Of a stretch of 64,000 nucleotides of DNA, positions 1-9,811 are shown piece after piece. Under the pieces are notes generated by a model. The model saw nothing but the letters and a program-made list of their open reading frames with translations, made no database searches and was not told the DNA's origin. The first letter of the stretch is position 1; every line of letters begins with the position of its first letter. Location of the stretch: contig JAFUPI010000003.1 of assembly GCA_017481285.1 (NCBI GenBank), forward strand, positions 6,189 to 70,188, in the 5' to 3' direction. A program made the position numbers and the translations under genes. The stretch comes from Agathobacter sp. Lineage in GTDB: Bacteria; Bacillota; Clostridia; Lachnospirales; Lachnospiraceae.

Positions 1-5
1 AAAAT

Positions 6-45
6 AAAAACACTTGGATAGTTTTTTAATTATCCAAGTGTTTTT
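6..45 (-). terminator. Rho-independent terminator
   Basis: 15-bp inverted repeat AAAAACACTTGGATA/TATCCAAGTGTTTTT just downstream of minus-strand ORF 54..560. Confidence 0.7.
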
Positions 46-53
46 CACATTAA

Positions 54-560
54 TTATCTAGCCATCGCTTCTATTATTTCACCCACATACATGGTGTGCA
101 TATCGTTATCTTTGTAGAAAGCGTCTTTAATACTTTTATCCGTGAAGGTTTCTTCTTCCATTGGGACTGCTGCCATCTTGCGACAGAGCAGTACGAGGTT
201 TGCTTCATCTGGATATGGAATGCTGTGACGGAAGGCTGGTGTAAGACCAGCTTTTTCGAATTTGTTTTCGTCGCGTCCAGAATGTGCACCACAGTAGCCT
301 AAGGCTGGATGATAGGTTTCGTCAAAGAAGGAGAGTGAGAAGAATTCTCCCTTGTCTAAAAACTCTTTGGTGTAGCGGGAGTCACGAACAAAGATGTAAA
401 CGACATTTTTGTTCCAGAGGACGCCTACACCGCCCCAACTTATGGTCATAGCGTTGCATTTGGATTTGCTTCCGGCGGTAACAAGAGCCCATTCTTTGCC
501 AATTTTGGTGAATGGATTCATTTCTAAAAGTTCAATTGGGTATGGTTGAAATGTATGCAT
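54..560 (-). CDS. Flavin reductase-like (FMN-binding split barrel) protein
   Basis: 168 aa; NAMTISWGG, RYTKEF, SGRDENKF and HTMYVGEI motifs typical of the family. Confidence 0.85.
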   Translation of the reverse strand: MHTFQPYPIELLEMNPFTKIGKEWALVTAGSKSKCNAMTISWGGVGVLWNKNVVYIFVRDSRYTKEFLDKGEFFSLSFFDETYHPALGYCGAHSGRDENKFEKAGLTPAFRHSIPYPDEANLVLLCRKMAAVPMEEETFTDKSIKDAFYKDNDMHTMYVGEIIEAMAR

Positions 561-589
561 ATGTGTAAATCCCCCTTTTGTTTATAATA

Positions 590-1837
590 TTACGGTTGGA
601 TAAAAAATGTCAATTCTGTAAAAATAACTTCTGCAAAATCGTGAATGGATGCAGAAATTGCAACAGCACGAAATGGCGTCAGCAAAAATGGATATAAAAA
701 CCAGACAAAGGTCAGCGGTGTCAGTTTCTTTATATCAGTCTTAATATAGTTCAGATGATTCGACACGTTGTTTTCCCCTAAACTAATTAAAACGATAAAG
801 CTTGCGATATAGTAGAGCACTAGCTGGAACATATATCTGCCGTAGTATACGTCTGTAAAAAGCATAGGCAGGATGCAAACACTACCAAAGAGTAATAGTA
901 GGTAGGATAGTCGTTTCGTGTACGTATTTGTTGTATCGGTAAACATACGAAGAAATAAATAAAACAGCATGATCAAGTATGGAGAAAAGAGAACGAAAAA
1001 TACAGGTAAATCCTGTACGTTATCTTCGTTTTGCTCTAAGCGTTCTTCACTAAGAGATAGGTCTTTTCCTAAGATTTCTTCTTCTAAATAGGTTTTGCCA
1101 TAGGATTTTCCGGTTTCGGATAATGCTTTGGCAGAAACTTTGATTTCGCTGGCTATTTCTTTTGGGTTTTCATAGTTGTAGCTTTCAAAGTGTGAAAATA
1201 ATGTAATACAGGAAATCAAAAATACAGCAAAAATAACGGTATATTTGATTTGTGTTTTTCCTTGACGGTTCATCCATTTATAAATCAGTAAAACACCAAT
1301 CAGCATGGCATGGGTAAAAATAAAGTCGTGATTGATGCACATTCCAATAATTCCCAATGGTAGAATCAGCCATTCTGCTTTTCCCAAAACGAGAAGTATC
1401 AGGCTAAGCACAAGGACAATATTCAGATACAAATCCAGGCATCCATAGTTTACACTGGTTGTGTACATTGGGAATGCAAATATGGATAAGAATACTAGCA
1501 GGTGTTTTAAGTTTCGTTTGGATTCTTCTGGACAACGATCCAAGCATAGTTTGTAGAATACAAAGAGGAGCACATAAAACATAACTGTGAAAAGTCCACT
1601 GAAATTAAAGACTCCCAGGTAGTTCCATTCGACGATGCCTAATGTTTCGTTGGCGAATTGAAATAGAGTACCAACGAATCCCCGAGGAATAAAACCATAG
1701 TCATAGTTTAACGCTAATAAAGTGGTGTTATAGGTAGACATGGTAAATTTAAAATGCCGGATAAAACACACCAGTGCGAAAGCGGCTAAGGCTGGTAAAA
1801 AACGTATGAAGTTTTTCTTGGTGCTCGAGTCTGACAT
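590..1837 (-). CDS. Polytopic membrane protein, paralog of neighbouring gene
   Basis: 415 aa, many hydrophobic segments; YNTTLLALNYDYGFIPRGFVGTL shared with 1850..3085. Confidence 0.7.
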   Translation of the reverse strand: MSDSSTKKNFIRFLPALAAFALVCFIRHFKFTMSTYNTTLLALNYDYGFIPRGFVGTLFQFANETLGIVEWNYLGVFNFSGLFTVMFYVLLFVFYKLCLDRCPEESKRNLKHLLVFLSIFAFPMYTTSVNYGCLDLYLNIVLVLSLILLVLGKAEWLILPLGIIGMCINHDFIFTHAMLIGVLLIYKWMNRQGKTQIKYTVIFAVFLISCITLFSHFESYNYENPKEIASEIKVSAKALSETGKSYGKTYLEEEILGKDLSLSEERLEQNEDNVQDLPVFFVLFSPYLIMLFYLFLRMFTDTTNTYTKRLSYLLLLFGSVCILPMLFTDVYYGRYMFQLVLYYIASFIVLISLGENNVSNHLNYIKTDIKKLTPLTFVWFLYPFLLTPFRAVAISASIHDFAEVIFTELTFFIQP

Positions 1838-1849
1838 AGCCGTTTCTCC

Positions 1850-3085
1850 TTATGCAATAATATGTAAATAGTAGTAGTCCAGCCATTCCGAAATAGAACG
1901 CATGATTTCATTGATATGAATATCGTGAAGTGGAATAGTGGTGGCTGCATAAACCAAAAGCAATGGGGCATAAGCATATCTTGCCTGTACATCTGCAATC
2001 AGCTTTTCGACCTGTTCTGTCACTATTTCGTCGTGTAAGGCATAAAGTACCAGAACCACTAGTGCAAAGTAGGAAAGTCCTGCAAAAATCCAACGTCCGA
2101 AGTCAATTTTCAAAATATAACATGGAAGTATGGTTGCAGAGCAAAGTGGAAGAAGAGCATACTTGATTTTGTCTACTTTGGTTTCTGCCGCAGTGATTAT
2201 ATTTCTAAATAAACGTACTCCAAGAACGATAAATGGAGACATGATAAGACAATAAATCGGTAGTTCAATAAAGTTATAGATATGCTGTGGCCATTCCTGG
2301 TCCCAAGGATCAATGCCAAGGATTTCGTGGGTGAGAAGTGTTTCATAAACTTCACCACCATTTCCTAATTGGGCCGCCATCGCATAAATGGAATCGTAAG
2401 TTTCCTGACCACTTATATGGCTAAAGAAATTAAAGTACAAGAATAACACCGATACGGATAAAAAACTGGTGGCTAAAATCGCAATATATTTCTTTTGTTT
2501 TTTACCAGTGGTTTGGAAAATTTTATAAATCAGAGGATACATAAAGATGTTGTAAAATAGAAATACATATCCCTGATGAATCATCACATTAAAAATGGAA
2601 AATGGTATAATCAGCCATTCCATTTTGCCCCAGATAAGCAGGATAAGTCCTAAGAATGTCAGGAATAGCATATAGATATCTGGTCGGCCCATGTTTCGAA
2701 GGGAATAGTACATCGGTACAAAAAATATAGCAAAAAAGAGCAGGATATTCTGTGCACCATTTAAGTATTTCTCTTTTGTTTTCAAAAGAATATAAAGGGC
2801 AAGAAAAAAGAAAATGCCCATAATCACATTGGTTGCAATAAAAGTGATGTTTGCTGCATCTACGTAATTTATAATGTCTTTTGGGATAAGGGCATCCAAA
2901 CCTAAGTAAAGTGTTCCCAAAAGACCACGGGAAATAAAGCCATAGGAATAGTTAAATGCCAGAATTGTAGTGTTATAGCGTCGAACTTCCTGTCCATAAT
3001 AGGTGACAAAAAGTGCGAAACATACCAGCAGGAATACAAAAACAAATTGTAAAATGCTCTTTAATTTGGTTTTGTTCTGGAACAT
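1850..3085 (-). CDS. Polytopic membrane protein (possibly GT-C-like)
   Basis: 411 aa, many TM segments; YNTTILAFNYSYGFISRGLLGTL, GRPD, HQGY and DFGRW motifs. Confidence 0.7.
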   Translation of the reverse strand: MFQNKTKLKSILQFVFVFLLVCFALFVTYYGQEVRRYNTTILAFNYSYGFISRGLLGTLYLGLDALIPKDIINYVDAANITFIATNVIMGIFFFLALYILLKTKEKYLNGAQNILLFFAIFFVPMYYSLRNMGRPDIYMLFLTFLGLILLIWGKMEWLIIPFSIFNVMIHQGYVFLFYNIFMYPLIYKIFQTTGKKQKKYIAILATSFLSVSVLFLYFNFFSHISGQETYDSIYAMAAQLGNGGEVYETLLTHEILGIDPWDQEWPQHIYNFIELPIYCLIMSPFIVLGVRLFRNIITAAETKVDKIKYALLPLCSATILPCYILKIDFGRWIFAGLSYFALVVLVLYALHDEIVTEQVEKLIADVQARYAYAPLLLVYAATTIPLHDIHINEIMRSISEWLDYYYLHIIA

Positions 3086-3139
3086 TTTGCTACTCCTTTC
3101 TTACTTATTTCATAACTAAAATATTATATAACAATTTCG

Positions 3140-3167
3140 CACAAATGTAAACGTAGGGCATAGAATA
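3140..3167 (+). promoter_or_regulatory. Putative sigma-K (mother-cell) promoter of sleC-like gene
   Basis: AC(3141-3142)-N16-CATAGAAT(3159-3166) fits the AC-N16-CATAnnnT consensus. Confidence 0.5.
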
Positions 3168-3194
3168 GGAAAAAGACATTTAAAAGGTATTTTT

Positions 3195-3916
3195 ATGTTT
3201 CTTTCTAGACCAGGTACAAAGGATAGGAGTGCAAAGCCGGATTTGAAGGCGATGCAGGATAATATAGATGAGGGACAGCTTCGCATTCGTTTGTATAACG
3301 AGGCGGATGGAACCCCTATTACAAATGCAAGAGTAACCATTACTTATACAGGCGGACCGCAGGATACTATTGAGGAGCTTACTTCAGATAGTTCAGGGAT
3401 AGTGGAACCAGTGACACTTCGTACGCCGCCGTTGGAATATTCTATGCAGCCGCAGGATAGACAGCCTTATGCAGAATATTCAGCTATCGTGCAGGCAGAT
3501 GGTTTTCGGGAAATCGAGGTTTCCGGCATTGAGGTTATGTCTGGACAATTTTCGGAACAGCCAATTCAAATGGAGGCCTATGATGCACCAAGACCCGCAG
3601 AGAATAATATCGTTATCGGTCCTCACACATTATATGGGGATTATCCTCCTAAAATTCCAGAGGAAGAGGTAAAAACGGTAAATGAGTCTGGAGAAATCGT
3701 ATTAAGTCGTGTGGTAATTCCAGAATATGTGGTTGTACATGATGGTCCTCCAAGTGATGCAGGTGCCAGAGATTATTATGTAAGATATCGCGATTACATC
3801 AAGAATGTAGCCTCCAGTGAAATTTATGCGACATGGCCAGATGCAACGATTCGTGCAAATGTTTTGGCGATTATGTCTTTTACATTGAACCGAGTGTACA
3901 CGGAATGGTACAGGGG
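3195..3916 (+). CDS. sleC: SleC-like spore cortex-lytic enzyme, 5' half (interrupted)
   Basis: GDYPPKIPE, VVIPEYVVVHDGPP, YIKNVASSEIYATWP, SFTLNRVYTEWYRG; frame broken at the element junction (stop at 3921-3923). Confidence 0.85.
3908..3916 (+). repeat. Left att core repeat
   Basis: GTACAGGGG, identical to 18028-18036. Confidence 0.9.
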
Positions 3917-3934
3917 AATATAGTTTCGTGTGGT

Positions 3935-4054
3935 AAGAAAGTTATACCTGAAACTATGCAGCTCGATTTACAGAGCAATACAGTTTTAGGGGGAGAAGAT
4001 ACTATACCGAAAACTATACAGTCCGGTCTACCAAAGGATATGGTTTTAAGTAGT
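3935..4054 (+). repeat. Two tandem 60-bp attP-like units
   Basis: 3935-3994 and 3995-4054 align without gaps to the rejoined site 17995-18036+3917-3934 (TACC..AAACTAT.CA…TAC…ATA..GTTT). Confidence 0.8.
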
Positions 4055-4152
4055 AAATTTAGGTATCTATATAGAGAATTGGAAGTCCAGCTAGAAGAAA
4101 GAAAATATAGGACAAGTAATCAGCCATACAAGGTAGTAGGTTGGTAGAGGAC

Positions 4153-4187
4153 AAGCAGTAGAGCCAATGCGGCACTACTGCTTTTTT
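4153..4187 (+). terminator. Rho-independent terminator at left end of element
   Basis: AAGCAGTAG/CTACTGCTT stem plus T run, 5 nt after the TAG ending at 4147. Confidence 0.75.
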
Positions 4188-4321
4188 CTTGCATTTCGTA
4201 CACTTTTCAATAACATCCTTAGCTATTAACACCACAGACACCACAATTTCCCAGCGTTAGTATTGTAAGTGTGAAGGACATAGTCCTAAAAAATAATACT
4301 TAATATAGGAGGTACACAAAC

Positions 4322-4822
4322 ATGTGTAGAAGATTAGTGGTAACAAACAAATTAAGTTTAGGTGGCAGAGAGTTAGGTTGGGAAACATATTCACTTCCTA
4401 AGGGAGAACTTGTAGAGTTTACAAGTAAGCAGTTAAAGGAAAGTATCAAAGCAGGAATTGATGAAGTGTATGGCTTGATGATTTCAGAAGAAACAGGAGA
4501 ATTGGTATTTGATACAGAAAACTGGTTCACAACCAACATGATGAACAAGTTACATATCAATACTTTAGTTCCAATGGTCGAAGATGATTGTTTAGCAAAT
4601 CTTTTCTATATTGTGATTGGAACTCACAAGGTCAAGGGCGAAACAATGTATGATGTGATTTCATCAAGATATGAGAGAGCAAGTTTCAATGCAGAAAAGG
4701 TCAAAACATTGCTTGATATGAAAATCATCAGCGGCGGCTGTAAATTAGAAAATGGCGAGATTGTAGTAGCATCTATGGAAAAGCCAAAGCCTGAAGCAGT
4801 AACAAAGGCAGAGGAGTTATAG
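4322..4822 (+). CDS. Hypothetical protein (element cargo)
   Basis: 166 aa ORF with AGGAGG RBS; no family recognised. Confidence 0.75.
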   Translation: MCRRLVVTNKLSLGGRELGWETYSLPKGELVEFTSKQLKESIKAGIDEVYGLMISEETGELVFDTENWFTTNMMNKLHINTLVPMVEDDCLANLFYIVIGTHKVKGETMYDVISSRYERASFNAEKVKTLLDMKIISGGCKLENGEIVVASMEKPKPEAVTKAEEL

Positions 4823-4965
4823 CATGGAAGGCGCGGCATTACTGACAATGTTTTCAATCAATCTTGCCTGTACAGTTTATGTGCTGTCTACAATAGTTAA
4901 AGGACTATTCCTACTAATAAATGATTGTATCAATATAGGTAAAATGAAAGATTGAATTACTCAAA

Positions 4966-5001
4966 GGGGTACTGATTAACAAAACAGTTAGTCAGTACCC
5001 C
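4966..5001. other. Intergenic hairpin
   Basis: GGGGTACTGATTAAC/GTTAGTCAGTACCCC inverted repeat. Confidence 0.55.
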
Positions 5002-5032
5002 ACTTACTTTTAAACATAAGGAGAAAGAAGAA

Positions 5033-5914
5033 ATGAAGTATAAGGAATTTATGAAAGCAGTAAAAGAAGAAGTAACACAGCGATTAGATAAAGATGTGGC
5101 GATACACCCAGTGCTAAAAAATAATGGTACAGTATATCAGGGATTGATTGTCTATGACCCAGTTTTAAATATATCACCTACGATTTATCTAGACCCATAT
5201 TTTCATAGATATGTGGACGGACAGCCATTTGAAAAAGTCGTTGACGATATTGTGAAATCATATCAAGATAATTGTCCGACAAAAGATTTTGACATTTCTG
5301 TGTTTAGGGATTTTGATAAAGCAAAATCAAGAATCATCATGAAAGTTGTTAGTACAGAGAAAAACACGGAATTACTACAGAAAGCACCTAATATTCCATT
5401 TTATGACCTGTCAATCGTATTCTTAGTAGATGTGACTCAGGCTATAAATGAGGTTGCAACAATTCTAATTTACAACCAGCACTTAAACTTATGGGATGTC
5501 GATGTAGAAGAGTTATACACCTTAGCACAAGAAAATACACCAAGACAATTACAACCTCGATTAGACGATTTGCATGATGTGTTCGAATATATTACAGGAG
5601 AAGAGCCTCCATTTCTTGAAGAATTAAATATTAAGATTTTGACAAATCATCTAAGGATACATGGAGCAACTTGTATAGCATATCCAGAATTGCTAAAAGA
5701 AGTTTATGATATATTTGAAGATAATGTAGTTATTATTCCAAGCAGCATACATGAGGTGCTTATCTTTCCAGAAAAGAATTTGCCAGATGGTTATACATTA
5801 AAAGACCTTAATGGAATGATACAAGAAGTAAATAATACGCAGCTTACAGAGGATGAAATACTAAGCGACCATGTGTATCGTTTCAATGGCACAGAGTTAG
5901 AGATTATAAACTAA
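5033..5914 (+). CDS. DUF5688-family protein
   Basis: 293 aa; KNNG…ISPTIYL, ILTN…GA…IIPSSIHEVL, MIQEVN…LSDHVY pattern common in Clostridia mobile elements. Confidence 0.75.
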   Translation: MKYKEFMKAVKEEVTQRLDKDVAIHPVLKNNGTVYQGLIVYDPVLNISPTIYLDPYFHRYVDGQPFEKVVDDIVKSYQDNCPTKDFDISVFRDFDKAKSRIIMKVVSTEKNTELLQKAPNIPFYDLSIVFLVDVTQAINEVATILIYNQHLNLWDVDVEELYTLAQENTPRQLQPRLDDLHDVFEYITGEEPPFLEELNIKILTNHLRIHGATCIAYPELLKEVYDIFEDNVVIIPSSIHEVLIFPEKNLPDGYTLKDLNGMIQEVNNTQLTEDEILSDHVYRFNGTELEIIN

Positions 5915-5925
5915 ACAGAATCCTA

Positions 5926-5957
5926 AAAGGGCAGTAAGGTAAAACTTGCTGCCCTTT
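5926..5957 (+). terminator. Terminator
   Basis: AAAGGGCAGTAAG/CTTGCTGCCCTTT stem. Confidence 0.65.
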
Positions 5958-6004
5958 ATAGTAAAATGATATAATGAACAATATAGCTTAAGAGGAGATA
6001 ATTT

Positions 6005-6520
6005 ATGATAATAACTATAGAAATCATACCAGGACGTTATGCAAAGAATAAAACCGACATAAAGAGAGATGTTAATGAACTCGGCTTAGGTTTAGAGAAA
6101 CAGAGTTATTTATTAAATAAATATCCAATAGACGCAGAGGATAGAAGTGATGGCTTAGGGTTATTACAAAATAGAAACGCAAAATGTGTTGAGGAATTAT
6201 TTTTTGAAAATAAGTACAGAAAAAATTTATATGTGATAAATACAGATTCCTTTGGCGACATAGATTATGATATTGCACGTATGTTATATATTTGGAGTGG
6301 AGAATATATTATTGGTTTTGAGTTAATTGAGGCTGCTTGGAATCCGTGGGATGCATTGATAGAGTATAGATATTCTCCATGTAGAATATACAAAGCAACA
6401 AGTGAAAATACATTATATATTGCTTTGATGACAGGGGAATTGCAAAATGTAGACGGTGGTTTAACAGAGAAAGAGATAGAAATAATTTTACAACAGTCAG
6501 AATTAATAAAAGAATTTTAA
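6005..6520 (+). CDS. Hypothetical protein
   Basis: 171 aa, GAGGAG RBS. Confidence 0.65.
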   Translation: MIITIEIIPGRYAKNKTDIKRDVNELGLGLEKQSYLLNKYPIDAEDRSDGLGLLQNRNAKCVEELFFENKYRKNLYVINTDSFGDIDYDIARMLYIWSGEYIIGFELIEAAWNPWDALIEYRYSPCRIYKATSENTLYIALMTGELQNVDGGLTEKEIEIILQQSELIKEF

Positions 6521-7359
6521 GTATAAAACTACTGCATATTATTATTTAAAGACAAATGATTTATAAAGTAAACGACCAATATAAACAATGAATATATGCA
6601 TAGCTGTAGTATTTGCAATTAAAATAACCCTAATTGCTACCGCAAATACTGATAGTTTATCATGGAGATTGAAACTATACATGAATGTGACGAAATTAAA
6701 ATTATGTAACATTCAATCAACCTATCAAAAAAGAGTAGCAAAACAATTATCTAAAACAAAGATAGCAATAGTAATTTTTAAAGATAACCGATAGGTACCT
6801 ACATTAATGTTTTTTAATGTGACATTCCAAGTACATTGTATATTGTTCCCACAATATTCAAAATTTGAAGTCTTTTTAGAGTATTTTCTGAATGGGTATT
6901 TTCAAACCTAACAAACAACAGAACGATTCAAACCTACATGGACGATTTCGATAAGATTACATTTCAAAATTTACATAGATAGCACTAGAGTTTAATTTTT
7001 TTGTTGAAAATTTCAGATGTATTAGGTGACCTGTTTTTCTAGTAAAGAGTCTAGAAAATCAACATCACGATATAAGATAGTATAATTTTTAATTAAATGA
7101 TTACGGAGTAGGAACCGTTTTCATAAATTTTTCATTCATTCAGAAAATAACCAGTACCTATCACAAGGCACTGGTTATTTTCATGTCCAAATCCCAACCA
7201 AAATATCCTTGCACCCCCAAACCCACTCCGATATAATATACTCAAAGCATCAAATGTAACCGAATGAAAGCATGAACCCAAACACTTAGATAATATGAAA
7301 TAAAAATTTCATTTTTATTTTTTGAAATTGATAGAACAGCAAATAGGAGGACCCCAACC

Positions 7360-8781
7360 ATGAACGAAAAGTTTATGAAAGTACTAAAAATAGCAATCCC
7401 GACATTAACAGTAATTCTGATTGCAAGCCAACTCTTCGGAGCCCCAGCAACCAGTCAGAAAGAAACACTAGACCTCATACAAAAGAATGAGATGATAGAA
7501 ATTGAAATCGCCGTCCCTAAAGACGAGGAGCAGGGAACACTCAAACAATTAGACTGGAATATACTAGCAGAGCTCGACTCTTACCAAGATACCCTAAGAG
7601 TCCCATTCGAAAAGATATTTTATGTAACAGTAGATGAGACTACGGGTGAAAAAGTGGGTAGACCATATTTCAATGCAACAGGCGAAAATATACAGAACAA
7701 TACATTTGTTAATGCTTGCAAAAACAAATTGTTTAATCAAATGCTCAATCAATCAGCTGTAATAGAAGCTTTATCAGATGCAGCTTGCAATACATACGCA
7801 GACCTTGATACAGATGATAGCTATGTAAACGCAATGATGGCATTAAATGGTTACTTCAATCTATTGCCAGATACAGAAGAAGGTTACTGCAATCCAAATA
7901 GTACATTAACACGAGCAGAATTTCTATCATTAATGATGCGCGCGGATGCCCCAGTAGATGATACACTCACATTAAATAGCAAATTTGAACAAGCTGTTGG
8001 TAAGTCAGAACATAACTTATATGCACAAGAAGTACAGCAATATAGCTATTTAAACTTATCTGACAAGAGTCTTAACTCTCAAACTTATAATGGTACAATT
8101 TCAAGAGCTGAAGTAATCCATTATATGGTAACAAGATATTATGCAGATGAACTTGCAGAACTTGATTTATCATCAACTAAAGTTACTTTTACAGATGCAA
8201 AAGATGGTGGAGACATAGCAGCAAAGCAAGAGTTCAAAGGAAAAGATTACGCCACATCCTATGAGTTAGTCTGGGCTGTGAATAATCCAGATGATGGACT
8301 TCCAACAGAATTATATAAATCACTTGTAGTAGCAGCAGAACAAGGTCTAATAGATGCAGAGTCAGACGTTAGATGGGATGAAGGCGTGACAAAAGCAGAG
8401 TGCATCGAATTACTATTTGATATGGCATCTGATGAAGTAATCCTCACACAAACTGAACACGAGGGCAGTGGCGCCGGCTCGAACGGACTTGGTAATCCAG
8501 CATATTATGATGAAACAACTGGATATTTTGACGCTGGATATGCAGAGTCAGGACTTACATATGATGAAGATATAGCAGACGGTTATGAGGGCTTCACAGT
8601 AGTAACACATGAAGATGGAACATCTCACATAGTTTACAATAAAGACGGCAGTATTTATTATCCTGGAGACCTCATGCCGAACGGAGATACCTATCCTGGC
8701 AACGAAAAAGATAAAGAGATAGCATTCCAAGAAATCATAGACGCCATGCTAGAATATGAAAAACAAAAAGGCGACAATTAA
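7360..8781 (+). CDS. Secreted acidic protein with S-layer-homology-like motifs
   Basis: Signal-like N-terminus; NPNSTLTRAEFLSLM, GTISRAEV and GVTKAECIELL resemble SLH (TRAE) motifs. Confidence 0.65.
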   Translation: MNEKFMKVLKIAIPTLTVILIASQLFGAPATSQKETLDLIQKNEMIEIEIAVPKDEEQGTLKQLDWNILAELDSYQDTLRVPFEKIFYVTVDETTGEKVGRPYFNATGENIQNNTFVNACKNKLFNQMLNQSAVIEALSDAACNTYADLDTDDSYVNAMMALNGYFNLLPDTEEGYCNPNSTLTRAEFLSLMMRADAPVDDTLTLNSKFEQAVGKSEHNLYAQEVQQYSYLNLSDKSLNSQTYNGTISRAEVIHYMVTRYYADELAELDLSSTKVTFTDAKDGGDIAAKQEFKGKDYATSYELVWAVNNPDDGLPTELYKSLVVAAEQGLIDAESDVRWDEGVTKAECIELLFDMASDEVILTQTEHEGSGAGSNGLGNPAYYDETTGYFDAGYAESGLTYDEDIADGYEGFTVVTHEDGTSHIVYNKDGSIYYPGDLMPNGDTYPGNEKDKEIAFQEIIDAMLEYEKQKGDN

Positions 8782-8791
8782 TAACTAAAAA

Positions 8792-8857
8792 GTAACAAGG
8801 AGTTGATGAATAGCTTGGTGATAATTCATACCAAGTTATTTATCAACTCCTTGTTAC
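8792..8857. terminator. Long (28-bp arm) hairpin after the SLH-like gene
   Basis: GTAACAAGGAGTTGATGAATAGCTTGGT / ACCAAGTTATTTATCAACTCCTTGTTAC. Confidence 0.6.
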
Positions 8858-9062
8858 ATATACCAGCATTTATAGTAATTCTAATTGCCAGCCAACTCTT
8901 TGGCGCACCTTAAAACTTCACTAAACAGTTACTCAAAATAATATAATACATTGTCAAAAATTTATAAGAAAAAAACTTTATTTTTCGAAAGCACTGATTT
9001 GTAATTTTCAGTAGTTCGCGTTATAATAATAAAAAGAGTAGATTTAATTAGGAGGTGTTATA

Positions 9063-9806
9063 ATGGAATTTACAATTGAAGATTTTTGGGCACATGATTG
9101 TAACAGAGAGATACTAAAAAGTAATGGAGTTGATTCCGAGTGCTTAATTCCATTATATCATGGTTCACCTAATAAATGTTTTATTCCACAATATGGGTAT
9201 GGGGAAGATAAGCATGATTATGGAAGAGGATTTTATACAACGCTAGATTATGAACTTGCATGTGAATGGGCTGTATGTACTAGTGAGGGAGAAAATGGGT
9301 ACGTACATAAGTATATATTAGATACAGTTGGATTAAGTATACTAAATCTTAATGAAGAATATGGTGTCCTAACTTGGTTGGCAGTTTTATCAAAACATAG
9401 AAGTGCAGCTAAATCTAAAAAATGCAAGCTTAACGAAAAAAAGTTGATAGATAAATATTACGACAAAGAAATAGAAAATTATGACGTAATAATAGGATAT
9501 AGAGCTGATGATTCATTTTTTAGTTTTGCTAAACAGGCAATCCGAGGAGAAGTTGACATAAGCTTGCTAGATGAAATTATGAGACAAGGAAAGCTGGGAT
9601 ATCAAGTATTCTTACAATCAGAGAGAGCATTTGAAAAAATAAAAGAAATAGAAATGAATGAGGATGGTTATTATAGAGAAGTAGATTATCAAAAATACAG
9701 TACATTATACAATAGTAGGGATACGAAAGCACGTGACTATGTCGCTAATCTGATAGATTCAGATAGAAATACATTGACAGATACAATTGAAAAGTATTTA
9801 GATTAG
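9063..9806 (+). CDS. DUF3990-family protein (ADP-ribosyltransferase-like fold, putative toxin)
   Basis: LYHGS…DYGRGFYTT…ACEWA, YDVIIGYRADD, LGYQV…SERAF. Confidence 0.75.
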   Translation: MEFTIEDFWAHDCNREILKSNGVDSECLIPLYHGSPNKCFIPQYGYGEDKHDYGRGFYTTLDYELACEWAVCTSEGENGYVHKYILDTVGLSILNLNEEYGVLTWLAVLSKHRSAAKSKKCKLNEKKLIDKYYDKEIENYDVIIGYRADDSFFSFAKQAIRGEVDISLLDEIMRQGKLGYQVFLQSERAFEKIKEIEMNEDGYYREVDYQKYSTLYNSRDTKARDYVANLIDSDRNTLTDTIEKYLD

Positions 9807-9811
9807 GAGGA

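Noticed and set aside
3935-4054. 60-bp repeats as a mini-CRISPR array
   Set aside because: No identical repeat/unique spacer structure and no cas genes; units align to the attachment site.
3833-4147. 104-aa ORF as an independent gene
   Set aside because: Its 5' part is an alternate frame of sleC with no RBS; its 3' part is better explained as the recombinase tail of the excised form.
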